Assembly (NCBI GenBank): GCA_015228695.1
Contig: JADGDA010000001.1
Coordinates: 16,283-49,768 of the forward strand
Source of the DNA: Alphaproteobacteria bacterium
Lineage (GTDB): Bacteria > Pseudomonadota > Alphaproteobacteria > Rhodospirillales > Rhodospirillaceae
DNA length: 33,486 bases
Direction: 5' to 3'
Part shown: in pieces, positions 15,897 through 23,899 of the stretch
How the letters are laid out: each line of letters begins with the position of its first letter
How positions within the stretch are numbered: the stretch's first letter is position 1
Notes under the pieces: model-generated
What the model saw: the letters and a program-made list of their open reading frames with translations, nothing else
Told to the model about the DNA's origin: nothing
The model's database searches: none
Made by a program: the position numbers and the translations under genes

Positions 15897-16895
15897 ATGG
15901 ACACAGAACCCCAAATCTCGGTCGTGATCCCGGCCTTCTGCGAGGCTGAAAGCCTTGAGGAACTGGCGGAACGCATCGCGGCGGTCCTGGAGGGACGGTC
16001 GTTCGAGGTCATTTTCGTGGACGACGGCTCCACCGACCGCACCCCGGAGGTGCTTCGCGGCCTGGTGGAGCGCATGCCGGAGGTCCGGGCGATCACCCTG
16101 CGCCGCAACTGCGGCAAATCGATCGCCCTGATGGCCGGATTCAGCCGCGCGGGCGGGCGGGCCGTCGTAACCATGGATGCCGATCTCCAGGATAATCCGG
16201 AGGACATCCCCTCCCTGCTCGCCGGTCTCGACCAGGGTTTCGACCTCGTCAACGGCCGCCGCCAGCGCCGCCATGACGGCATTGTCCGCACCCTCGGCTC
16301 GCGCCTGTTCAACGCGGCCGTCTCCCGCGCGACCGGTCTCGTCCTGCATGACTTCAACTGCGGCTTCAAGGCGTTGCGGGGAGAGGTCGCCTCGATGCTC
16401 TGCGTTTACGGCCAGTATCACCGCTACATCCCCCTACAGGCCCACCTGATGGGGTTCAAGGTGACCGAGGCCGAGGTGAGGAACAGCGCCCGCAAGTTCG
16501 GGACGTCCAAGTTCCGGGCCATGCGCTACGAGGGCCTGTTCGATCTGCTGTCGATGCTGTTCATCCATCGTTATGGCCTCAATCCGCTGCACTTCTTCGG
16601 CACTCTGGCGCTGTTGATGATCGTTCCCTCCGTCCTGATTTTGGGATACCTCGGGTTTGATTATCTGCTCCAGGTTCTGGACGTGGGAGAGGGGCACGTA
16701 CCCTTGAACCGTCCGCTGTTTTCCCTGTCCCTGACGACGCTTCTCATGGGGATGCTGGTGTTTCTGAGCGGTTTCATCTGCGATTTCACGCTGCACCACC
16801 ATATCCGCAACAACATGTCCGAGATTCTGGGACTGGTGACGCGGACCCCGGAGAAGACGGCAGCCCAGCCCGATCGGACCCACCATGACGCCTGA
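15897..16895 (+). CDS. GT2-family glycosyltransferase, polyprenyl-phosphate sugar transferase type (GtrB/ArnC/DPM1-like) with C-terminal TM helices
   Basis: ORF 15897..16895 with an ATG start. Motifs are ISVVIPAFCEAESL, VDDGSTDRT and the DxD motif MDADLQD. Two hydrophobic helices lie near the C-terminus (LHFFGTLALLMIVPSVLILGYL, LSLTTLLMGMLVFLSGFI). Confidence 0.9.
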   Translation: MDTEPQISVVIPAFCEAESLEELAERIAAVLEGRSFEVIFVDDGSTDRTPEVLRGLVERMPEVRAITLRRNCGKSIALMAGFSRAGGRAVVTMDADLQDNPEDIPSLLAGLDQGFDLVNGRRQRRHDGIVRTLGSRLFNAAVSRATGLVLHDFNCGFKALRGEVASMLCVYGQYHRYIPLQAHLMGFKVTEAEVRNSARKFGTSKFRAMRYEGLFDLLSMLFIHRYGLNPLHFFGTLALLMIVPSVLILGYLGFDYLLQVLDVGEGHVPLNRPLFSLSLTTLLMGMLVFLSGFICDFTLHHHIRNNMSEILGLVTRTPEKTAAQPDRTHHDA

Positions 16896-17694
16896 AACGG
16901 ACCCCCTGGCCGAAACCCGGACGTTCTGGAACGCCTCGCCATGCAGCGGGCAGAGCGGCTTCACGACCCGCTACCGGCAGCGTTACGCGGTCGAGCCCTG
17001 GATTCCCTCCTTCGTCAAGCGGATCGCCGCCTATCACTCGGATATCCTCGAAGTCGGCTGCGGGCAGGGGACCGACGGCCTGCTGATGTGTCAGAATCTT
17101 CCGCCGGGGGGACGCTATGTCGGCGTGGATTATTCCGACGTCAGCGTGGCCCAGGCAAAGGCCGCCAGGGCCGAACTGGGCGCGTTTCCGGTCGAGCCCG
17201 AGTTCCGGGTCGGCAACGCCGAACAACTCGATATCCCCGACAATTCGGTCGAATGCGTCTATTCCCTAGGGGTCCTGCACCACACCGCCGACGACCGCAA
17301 GGCCTTCGCCGAGGTGCGCAGGGTCCTGCGCCCCGGCGGGTTCGCCTATATCGTCCTCTATCGCAAGTGGTCGGCAAAGGTCGCGATCGCGAAGGCGCTC
17401 CGCGGTCTCCAGCGGTTCGTGGACCGGATCACCGGAACGGAGCGCACCCTGTACCGGATGGTCCAGGGCCGTCACATGGAGCGCGTCTTCGGCACGATGC
17501 TCCTCGAATGCTTCGGCGTCCCGTACATGAACTGGTACGACAGGGCCGACATGTACCAACGCTTCCGGAACTTCGACATTCTGGCCCTGTACCCGATGGG
17601 CTACAACATCCCCTACATGAACCCCAAGGGCGACGCCCGCAACCCGCTCGGTTATTTCTGGGTGATCGAACTCCGCAAGCCGCCGGCCGCCTGA
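16885..17694 (+). CDS. Class I SAM-dependent methyltransferase
   Basis: ORF 16885..17694 overlaps the GT2 gene by 11 nt. Motif I is ILEVGCGQGTDG and the post-I/II-like region includes LRPGGFAYIVLY. Confidence 0.85.
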   Translation: MTPETDPLAETRTFWNASPCSGQSGFTTRYRQRYAVEPWIPSFVKRIAAYHSDILEVGCGQGTDGLLMCQNLPPGGRYVGVDYSDVSVAQAKAARAELGAFPVEPEFRVGNAEQLDIPDNSVECVYSLGVLHHTADDRKAFAEVRRVLRPGGFAYIVLYRKWSAKVAIAKALRGLQRFVDRITGTERTLYRMVQGRHMERVFGTMLLECFGVPYMNWYDRADMYQRFRNFDILALYPMGYNIPYMNPKGDARNPLGYFWVIELRKPPAA

Positions 17695-17703
17695 GATGGT
17701 TTC

Positions 17704-17728
17704 CCGGTTGCCGAACCGGCGGATTTTT
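17704..17728 (+). terminator. Possible rho-independent terminator after the methyltransferase gene
   Basis: The stem is CCGGTT (17704..17709) paired with AACCGG (17714..17719) around a 4-nt loop, followed by CGGATTTTT. The stem is short. Confidence 0.45.
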
Positions 17729-17771
17729 AATACGCTGGGGCTTCCCGCATCGCAGTCCATGGAGGGTGGTC

Positions 17772-17891
17772 ATGCCCAAAGGCGTCCAGAAGAGCAGCAA
17801 GGAAAAAAAGAAACCGAAGGCAGACAAGCCGAAGACGATCGCGGCCGCGCCGTCAACCAAGGGAACGGCGACTCCGGCCAAGTCCCATTAG
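17772..17891 (+). CDS. 39-aa lysine-rich small protein (MPKGVQKSSKEKKKPKADKPKTIAAAPSTKGTATPAKSH)
   Basis: This is the last 40 codons of listed ORF 16941..17891. GGAGGG lies 6-7 nt upstream of ATG 17772. The gene sits in an otherwise non-coding gap, and its composition is quite unlike the shadow-frame sequence before it. Confidence 0.5.
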   Translation: MPKGVQKSSKEKKKPKADKPKTIAAAPSTKGTATPAKSH

Positions 17892-17934
17892 TCCGTTGCC
17901 TGTGCGGACCGGATCCCGCCGGCGGTAGGGCACC

Positions 17935-18705
17935 ATGGGGACGCCGGATCGGAACGCCCGCAGGCTCTACGGAGACGTCGGGGTCGAGGTCGTTGACGCC
18001 GGGTTTCTTGTCGTCCTCGACCGGCGTCCGGTGCGGACCCCGATGCGCGCGCTTCTGTGCCTGCCCAACGCCTCCCTGGCGGACGCCGTCGCCTCCGAAT
18101 GGCGCGCCCAGGGGGAGGTTGTTCGCCCGTCGTCCATGCCTCTGACCCAGCTTGCGAACACCGCCATCGACCGCCTGACGGACGCACCGGTCCGCGCGTC
18201 GATGATTTCCGAGATCATGCGGTTCGCCTCGGCCGACCTTCTCTGTTACCGGGCGGATCATCCGCCGGAGTTGGCGGAGCGGCAGGCGGCGGCGTGGCAG
18301 CCGGTCCTCGACTGGCTGGAGGCCCGCTTCGGCGCTCCGTTGACGGTGACGCCGGGACTCCTGGCCGTTTCCCAGCCCGAGCCCTCCCTGCTGGCCCTGC
18401 GAAGGGTTCTGGAGGCGTGCGGCGGCTTTCCCCTGGCGGGGGTGCAGAGCGCGGCCACCGTCTGCGGCTCCCTGGCCCTGGCCCTGGCCCTGAGGGAGGG
18501 CAGGCTGTCCGCCGAGGAGGTCTTCGCCGCGTCCCATGTGGACGAACACTTCCAGGCGGAACAGTGGGGCGAGGATGCGGAGGCCGGACGGCGGCGGGAC
18601 CACCTGCGCGACGACGTCCGCGCGGCCGCCCTGTTCCTGTCCCTGGCCGAGCCGAACCGGCCGCGCCCGCCCGACGAGGAACCCGCCGCCGATCATCGTC
18701 AATGA
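17935..18705 (+). CDS. ATP12-family F1-ATPase assembly chaperone
   Basis: ORF 17935..18705. The pattern VVLDRRPVRTPMRALLCLPNASLADAVASEWRAQGEVVRPSSMPLTQLANTAIDR is typical of ATP12/ATPAF2 proteins. Confidence 0.85.
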   Translation: MGTPDRNARRLYGDVGVEVVDAGFLVVLDRRPVRTPMRALLCLPNASLADAVASEWRAQGEVVRPSSMPLTQLANTAIDRLTDAPVRASMISEIMRFASADLLCYRADHPPELAERQAAAWQPVLDWLEARFGAPLTVTPGLLAVSQPEPSLLALRRVLEACGGFPLAGVQSAATVCGSLALALALREGRLSAEEVFAASHVDEHFQAEQWGEDAEAGRRRDHLRDDVRAAALFLSLAEPNRPRPPDEEPAADHRQ

Positions 18706-18713
18706 CCGCCGGA

Positions 18714-19307
18714 TTATTCGGAAGGGGCGGCGGCCTCCGCCTCGGCGGCCCGGCGCAGCCGGCGGGCGCGTATCTGCCCGCGAATCAGCGCGAACAGTCC
18801 CACCAACGCCAGAAGTCCCGCCAACACCATCAACGCCGTGGACTGATGCTCCCCCAGGAATTTCTCCATGGCGTGGCCGAAAAAATAGCCCCCAGCGGAA
18901 AACGAGGCCGCCCACAGAGCGGCGGCGCAGGCGTTGAGGACGAGGAATTTCAGACGCGACACCCCGCTGATGGCGATCACGAACGGGCTGATGTTGCGGA
19001 TGCCGTAGACGAAGCGGAAGGACAGGATGTAGAGGGTTTCATAGCGGCGGACCAGCTTGAACGCCCACTCGATCTTCTGACTCATCTGGGGCCAGCGGTT
19101 GAGGAGGGAGACGCCGTAGCGGCGGCCGATGGTGAAATAGAACTGGTCCCCGAGGAAACTGCCGGCGAATCCGGACACGCCCACCAGATAGATGTCCATG
19201 TATCCCTGATAAGCGGCGATCCCGGCCAGGATGACGACCGTCTCGCCCTCCAGGAAGGTCAGCACCAGGATTGCCAGATAGCCGTAGGTATCGAGGTATT
19301 CCTGCAC
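18714..19307 (-). CDS. DedA-family inner-membrane protein
   Basis: ORF 18714..19307 with a GTG start and GGAG 10 nt upstream. Motifs include YGYLAILVLTFLEGETVVILAG and GDQFYFTIGRRYG, with multiple TM segments. Confidence 0.9.
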   Translation of the reverse strand: MQEYLDTYGYLAILVLTFLEGETVVILAGIAAYQGYMDIYLVGVSGFAGSFLGDQFYFTIGRRYGVSLLNRWPQMSQKIEWAFKLVRRYETLYILSFRFVYGIRNISPFVIAISGVSRLKFLVLNACAAALWAASFSAGGYFFGHAMEKFLGEHQSTALMVLAGLLALVGLFALIRGQIRARRLRRAAEAEAAAPSE

Positions 19308-19326
19308 GACGCGCTTACTCCGGATG

Positions 19327-20418
19327 TCAGGCCGTTGTTGTTCGGTTCAGACGGGTGACGTGGCCCATCTTGCGGCCGGGACGCGCCTCCGTCTTCCCGT
19401 ACAGATGGAGCCGGGCTCCCGGTTCGGCCAGAATCTCCGGCCAGAGATTGAAATCGTCCCCGATAAGGTTCGTCATGACCGCGTCCGAATGACGCTCCGG
19501 CGACCCCAGGGGCAGGCCGCACACGGCGCGGACGAACTGTTCGAACTGATCGGTCAGGCAGGCATCCATGGTCCAGTGGCCGGAGTTGTGCGGACGCGGG
19601 GCCATTTCGTTGATCAAAAGGCGGTGGTCACGGGTGACGAACATCTCGACCGCGAGCAGGCCGACCAGATCGAGCGCCTCGGCCGACCGGCGGGCGGCCT
19701 CGATCGCCTGGAGAGCCAGGGATGGAGCCAGGACGGCGGGGGCGGTGGTGGTGTCGAGAATGTGGTTCGCGTGCCGGTTCTCGACCGGATCGAAAGCCGC
19801 CCAGGCGCCGTCGATCCCACGAGCGACGATCACCGAAATCTCGCGCTCGAAATCGACGAATCCCTCCAGGACGCCGACGTCCGCGCCGAAGCCGCGCCAA
19901 GCCCCGGCAAGGTCCGTTCCCGGATCGACGCGGACCTGCCCCTTGCCGTCATACCCGAGCCGGGTCGTTTTGAGAATGGCCGGAGCGCCGACTTCCGCCA
20001 CGGCCCGGCTCAGGGATTCGGGACCGTCCACCTCGCGCCACGGGGCCGTTTCCAGCCCGATGCCGTTGAAGAAGGCCTTCTCCCGCAGCCGGTCCTGGCT
20101 GATTTCCAGCGCCCTCGCCCCCGGACGCACCGGCACGAGGTCCGCCATCAGGCGAACGGCATCCGCCGGAATATTCTCGAACTCGAAGGTGACGACGTCC
20201 ACCTGGGCCGCGAACGCCCGCAGGGCCTTTTCGTCGTCGTAGGCGGCCACGGTGGCGGCGTCGGTCACGCGGGCGGCCGGGCTGTCGGCCTCGGGGCAGA
20301 ACACATGGCAACGGAGGCCGAGCCGCGCGGCGGCAAGGGCGGTCATCCGGCCGAGTTGGCCGCCGCCCAGGATTCCGATGATGCTCCCCGGAGGGAAAAC
20401 GGCGTCCTCGTGGGGCAT
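19327..20418 (-). CDS. purK: N5-carboxyaminoimidazole ribonucleotide synthase
   Basis: Inner part of ORF 19327..20541. The start is ATG 20418 (MPHEDAVFPPGSIIGILGGGQLGRMTALAAARLG...), 1 nt after the purE stop. It has ATP-grasp features and the C-terminal motif GRKMGHVT. Confidence 0.95.
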   Translation of the reverse strand: MPHEDAVFPPGSIIGILGGGQLGRMTALAAARLGLRCHVFCPEADSPAARVTDAATVAAYDDEKALRAFAAQVDVVTFEFENIPADAVRLMADLVPVRPGARALEISQDRLREKAFFNGIGLETAPWREVDGPESLSRAVAEVGAPAILKTTRLGYDGKGQVRVDPGTDLAGAWRGFGADVGVLEGFVDFEREISVIVARGIDGAWAAFDPVENRHANHILDTTTAPAVLAPSLALQAIEAARRSAEALDLVGLLAVEMFVTRDHRLLINEMAPRPHNSGHWTMDACLTDQFEQFVRAVCGLPLGSPERHSDAVMTNLIGDDFNLWPEILAEPGARLHLYGKTEARPGRKMGHVTRLNRTTTA

Positions 20419-20419
20419 G

Positions 20420-20911
20420 TCACGACGGGTCCACGGGAAACTCGGCCACACCCGCCGTGTTGTTCGCGCGCCAGGCGTCCAGGGCCGCCGCCACCTCGGG
20501 ATCGGACAGCGCCAGCACCGCCGCGGACAGCAGGGCGGCATTGACCGCCCCGGCCTTGCCGATGGCCAGGGTTCCGACCGGAATCCCCGCCGGCATCTGC
20601 ACGATCGACAACAGACTGTCCATTCCGCTCAGGGCCTTGCTTTCCACGGGAACGCCGAACACGGGGAGCGCGGTCATCGCCGCCGTCATCCCCGGCAGAT
20701 GGGCCGCGCCCCCCGCCCCGGCGATGATCGTTTTGATCCCGCGCCCACGGGCGTCGCGGGCGTAGTCGTAGAGCCGTCCGGGCGTCCGGTGCGCCGAAAC
20801 GATCCGGGTCTCGTGGGCGACCCCCAGCGCGCGTAGGGTCTCCGCCGCGTGACGCATGGTGTCCCAGTCGGACTGACTGCCCATGATGATGCCGACGACC
20901 GGTCGTTCCAA
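20420..20911 (-). CDS. purE: N5-CAIR mutase (class I PurE)
   Basis: ORF 20420..20911 with a TTG start and GGGGAG 6 nt upstream. Motifs are [18 protein letters not shown] and [10 protein letters not shown]. Confidence 0.95.
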   Translation of the reverse strand: MERPVVGIIMGSQSDWDTMRHAAETLRALGVAHETRIVSAHRTPGRLYDYARDARGRGIKTIIAGAGGAAHLPGMTAAMTALPVFGVPVESKALSGMDSLLSIVQMPAGIPVGTLAIGKAGAVNAALLSAAVLALSDPEVAAALDAWRANNTAGVAEFPVDPS

Positions 20912-21044
20912 CGTCGTCTCCCCGCAACAAGACCCCGGAAAAAGGAACGCGCATTATTGGGTACCGAAGAGGCGGACGCAAGAACGCCTTTCGGGCCGGC
21001 ATTCGTTCGGGTTCAAAACGCCGCTGAGGATCGCAACACCATAG

Positions 21045-21078
21045 GCGGCAAAGCGTTTCTCGCGGCAAAGCGTTTCTC
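21045..21078. repeat. Perfect 17-bp tandem duplication (GCGGCAAAGCGTTTCTC x2)
   Basis: Read directly: 21045..21061 equals 21062..21078. It lies in the gap between the purE upstream region and the 3' end of the AAA ATPase gene. Confidence 0.9.
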
Positions 21079-21092
21079 AAGGTCGGCCCGGG

Positions 21093-22265
21093 TCACGGTC
21101 TCGGCCCCAGCAAGGCCATCATCTCGGTGAGCCCGATGGCTTCAAGGCCATCTTTCAGCGGGTATCGTTCGGTACCAGGGTAGACCACGAAACGGGCGTC
21201 AGGCTTGATGTCGTCGCAGGCCAGCCAGAACCCCTTCGACGGTTGCGGCGCCAGGCTGCGTTTGATCTCGATGGCCCAAAGCCTGCCTGGTCCGATGGGC
21301 AGGATCAGGTCGATTTCAGCCCCTGCCGATGTCCGATAGAATCCCGCCTGAGCGTTGGAGGGGGCTGCTGCCAGCAGGTTCTCGATGACGTAGCCTTCCC
21401 AACTGGCCCCCGCCACTGGATGACCCAGGAGGTCGTCAAGGGTCTCCAGCCCCAGCAGTGTATGCACAATGCCGCTGTCGCGGACGAAGACTCGGGGGGA
21501 CTTGACCATCCGCTTTCCGGTATTGGACATCCACGGCGTCAGCCGCCGCACCAGCAGCAGGTCGACCAGGAGGTCGAGATAGCGGGCCACGGTGACGCCG
21601 GCGACCTCCAGGCCCTGGCCGATGCGAGCGGCGTTGAGCAGCCCCCCTTGTTCGTGGGCCAGCATGGTCCAGAAGCGGCGTAGGGTCTCGGCCGGCACAC
21701 GCGGCCCGAGTTGGGGGATGTCGCGCTCCAGATAGGTGCGGATGAAGGCCTGGCGCCACTCGGCGCTGTCGCGGTCATCCCGTGCCAGAAAACTGTCCGG
21801 GAAGCCGCCGCGCAGCCAGTGGCGATCCATGTCCCCGACGCCTTTCACCACTTCCCGCGCGTCAAAGGGCGTAAGTTCGAACGTGGCGATGCGCCCGGCC
21901 AGTGTCTCCGATGATTGCTTCAGCAGTTCGATGGACGCCGACCCAAGAAGCAAAAAGCGCCCGGAGCGCCTCCCTCGTCGTCTGCCCGCATCGATTAACC
22001 CGCGCAATGCCTTGAACAAATCAGGTGCACGCTGTACTTCATCGAGAATGACCAGCTTGTCTTCGTGGGCTGACAAGTAGAGTTCGGGTTCCGCCAGCTT
22101 GGCCAGATCGGAAGGCGCCTCGAGATCGAGGTAGATGGACGGGCGGCTCTCGCCGATTTCCAGCGCGAGCGTGGTCTTGCCACTCTGGCGTGGTCCGAGC
22201 AACGCTACCGCCGGATGGCGTTGGAGCAGGTTCTCGATGGCTGGGCGGTGACGGCGCTCGATCAT
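21093..22265 (-). CDS. AAA-type ATPase of the DUF4143/COG1373 kind
   Basis: Inner part of ORF 21093..22343. The start is ATG 22265 (MIERRHRPAIENLLQRHPAVALLGPRQSGKTTLA). Walker A is GPRQSGKTT and Walker B is LVILDEVQ. The C-terminal region is typical of DUF4143 proteins. Confidence 0.85.
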   Translation of the reverse strand: MIERRHRPAIENLLQRHPAVALLGPRQSGKTTLALEIGESRPSIYLDLEAPSDLAKLAEPELYLSAHEDKLVILDEVQRAPDLFKALRGLIDAGRRRGRRSGRFLLLGSASIELLKQSSETLAGRIATFELTPFDAREVVKGVGDMDRHWLRGGFPDSFLARDDRDSAEWRQAFIRTYLERDIPQLGPRVPAETLRRFWTMLAHEQGGLLNAARIGQGLEVAGVTVARYLDLLVDLLLVRRLTPWMSNTGKRMVKSPRVFVRDSGIVHTLLGLETLDDLLGHPVAGASWEGYVIENLLAAAPSNAQAGFYRTSAGAEIDLILPIGPGRLWAIEIKRSLAPQPSKGFWLACDDIKPDARFVVYPGTERYPLKDGLEAIGLTEMMALLGPRP

Positions 22266-22456
22266 CCTTGCAATTATGATATCGCATGGCAGAGTTGCAA
22301 GGATGAATTGGTGGGCGAGTGAATGACGGGAGGAGCATGGCATGGACGACTGGGATGTGCCCGGCGGTATCGATCTGAACGGCCCCCTGCCTCATCACAA
22401 GATTCTGGCCATCGAAGTGTCGGGCGGGGCAATGTCACGACGGTGACCTCCCGCGA

Positions 22457-22846
22457 TTATCGTTCGGCCAGCCAGTCGCGGACCTCGGGCAACAGCGCCT
22501 CGATGTCGGCCAGTGCGGCCTCGACGTCGCCCGGATCGGGCATGGCCGGGAACCAGCCGCCGGGGCTGGGGTAGCGCCACGCCGTGGCCGCCGCCGACAG
22601 GTTATCCAGGCCCAACAGATCTTCCTTGAAAACATGGCCGTCGGGAAGGGAGCCGGCGGCCTGCCCGATCTTGTGGGTGCGGCCGACGGCAAGCCCTTCG
22701 CCTTCGCAGACCGCCCGCGTTATCTTCTCCGCCGCCTGCTGGGCATGGAAGATCGCCTGATCGGACATTTCGGGAAGCAACCGCCGCGCGGCTTCAATGT
22801 TGCGCTCGGCGGCAATCATCAGGGCGGAGAGGCGCCGGTCTGTCAT
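22457..22846 (-). CDS. HEPN-domain protein (putative toxin partner of the upstream nucleotidyltransferase)
   Basis: ORF 22457..22846 forms an ATGA overlap with the NTase gene. The 129-aa helical protein has a FHAQQAAEK...GRTHKIG HEPN-like pattern. Confidence 0.7.
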   Translation of the reverse strand: MTDRRLSALMIAAERNIEAARRLLPEMSDQAIFHAQQAAEKITRAVCEGEGLAVGRTHKIGQAAGSLPDGHVFKEDLLGLDNLSAAATAWRYPSPGGWFPAMPDPGDVEAALADIEALLPEVRDWLAER

Positions 22847-23388
22847 TGGCTGACCGCCCGACCGCGCCAGCGGTCACGGAAAGGGGAGCCGGGGCTGGCA
22901 TACAGCAACCGGCCCTCGCTGTCTGCGGCATGGGCAATTGTGCCGGGCCGTTGCCGTTCGGCCTCGAAATCGGCAAGGCGGCAGGGCACGACATCGACGC
23001 CGATGCCGCAGCCCGCCACCGGCGCATAGGCGGCGTAATAGTCCGGGGGACCGCTTTCGTCGTCGGGCAGGATGACCAGAAGGTCGAAATCACTGTCCGG
23101 GCGTGCCGATCCGGCGGCGCGGCTGCCGAACAGGAAAAGCGCCACCGGACGGAGCGCCGTCTTGAGGCGTCCGACCAGGAACGACAACGCCGCGTCCTCG
23201 TTGCGGAACGGGCCGATGTTGCGGATCGCGGTGTCGCCACCAGTTCCCGAAACCAGAGACGGCCGCGTGCGGATGAATTCCAGCACGGCCGCCGTCATGC
23301 CCGGATCATCCTTGATGGCGTTGACGAGTTCGCGGACGGCCTGTTGCCGATCGGGTTTCACCCGGAAGGTGATCGTGGGGGTGGACAT
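22843..23388 (-). CDS. Minimal nucleotidyltransferase (MNT-like) with an N-terminal extension of about 85 aa
   Basis: Inner part of ORF 22843..23601. The start is ATG 23388 (MSTPTITFRVKPDRQQAVRELVNAI...) with GGAG 8 nt upstream. The NTase motif is LFGSRAAGSARPDSDFDLLVIL. Confidence 0.8.
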   Translation of the reverse strand: MSTPTITFRVKPDRQQAVRELVNAIKDDPGMTAAVLEFIRTRPSLVSGTGGDTAIRNIGPFRNEDAALSFLVGRLKTALRPVALFLFGSRAAGSARPDSDFDLLVILPDDESGPPDYYAAYAPVAGCGIGVDVVPCRLADFEAERQRPGTIAHAADSEGRLLYASPGSPFRDRWRGRAVSQ

Positions 23389-23494
23389 GGAGGACGCTCC
23401 GACCTTGTGACACAGACTTTCACATATGTAATACGCTGTCGTGACACAGGCAAGAGCTCGTATGGCCATGGCAACTGCGCTCGGTCGACCGGCC

Positions 23495-23870
23495 ATGACC
23501 AGGAACGCAAGGGAGTATGAGAGCACGAAGAACTTCATCCAGACCGGCCACATGATCACCGTCCCGGCCCCGGCTGTCGGCATCGCCTCGGGCCAGGGCA
23601 TGATCCGTCGGCGGGCTGTTCGGCATCGCCGCCACCAACACGCCGGAAGCGGCCAATGTGGAAATAGCGACCACCGGGGTGTACGATTTGCCGAAGGCTC
23701 CAGCGACGGTGTTCGCCCTGGGCGACCGGGTGGCCTGGGATGACACCGCCAAGGTGATCGCCCCGCCTGCTGCCGGGCTGTATCCGGTCGGCGTCGCCAT
23801 TACCGCCGCTGGCAATGGCGCCGTCGCCGTGCGGGTGCGTCTGGATGGGGTGGCGACGGCTGCGGCGTAA
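23495..23870 (+). pseudogene. DUF2190-family (phage head-associated) gene disrupted by a 1-nt frameshift
   Basis: ORF 23441..23743 gives ...STKNFIQTGHMITVPAPAVGIASGQGMI, and ORF 23658..23870 gives VEIATTGVYDLPKAPATVFALGDRVAWDDTAKV.... Dropping one C at about 23605/23606 joins them as GMIVGGLFGIAATNTPEAANVEIATTG..., a full DUF2190-like sequence. The second frame is closed by TGA at 23601. Confidence 0.65.
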
Positions 23871-23899
23871 CCTCCTTTCGAAGCGCCACGGCACATAGC

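Noticed and set aside
16941-17771. The long 316-aa ORF 16941..17891 (+) overlapping the methyltransferase in another frame.
   Set aside because: Most of it is Arg/Pro-rich shadow sequence of the methyltransferase gene. Only its last 39 codons, after an internal ATG with a strong SD, look genuine.
18700-18735. CCGCC...GGCGG pairing in the 8-nt convergent gap between the ATP12 and DedA genes, considered as a shared terminator.
   Set aside because: The stem is 5 bp with a loop of about 15 nt, has no U-tract and lies mostly inside coding sequence.
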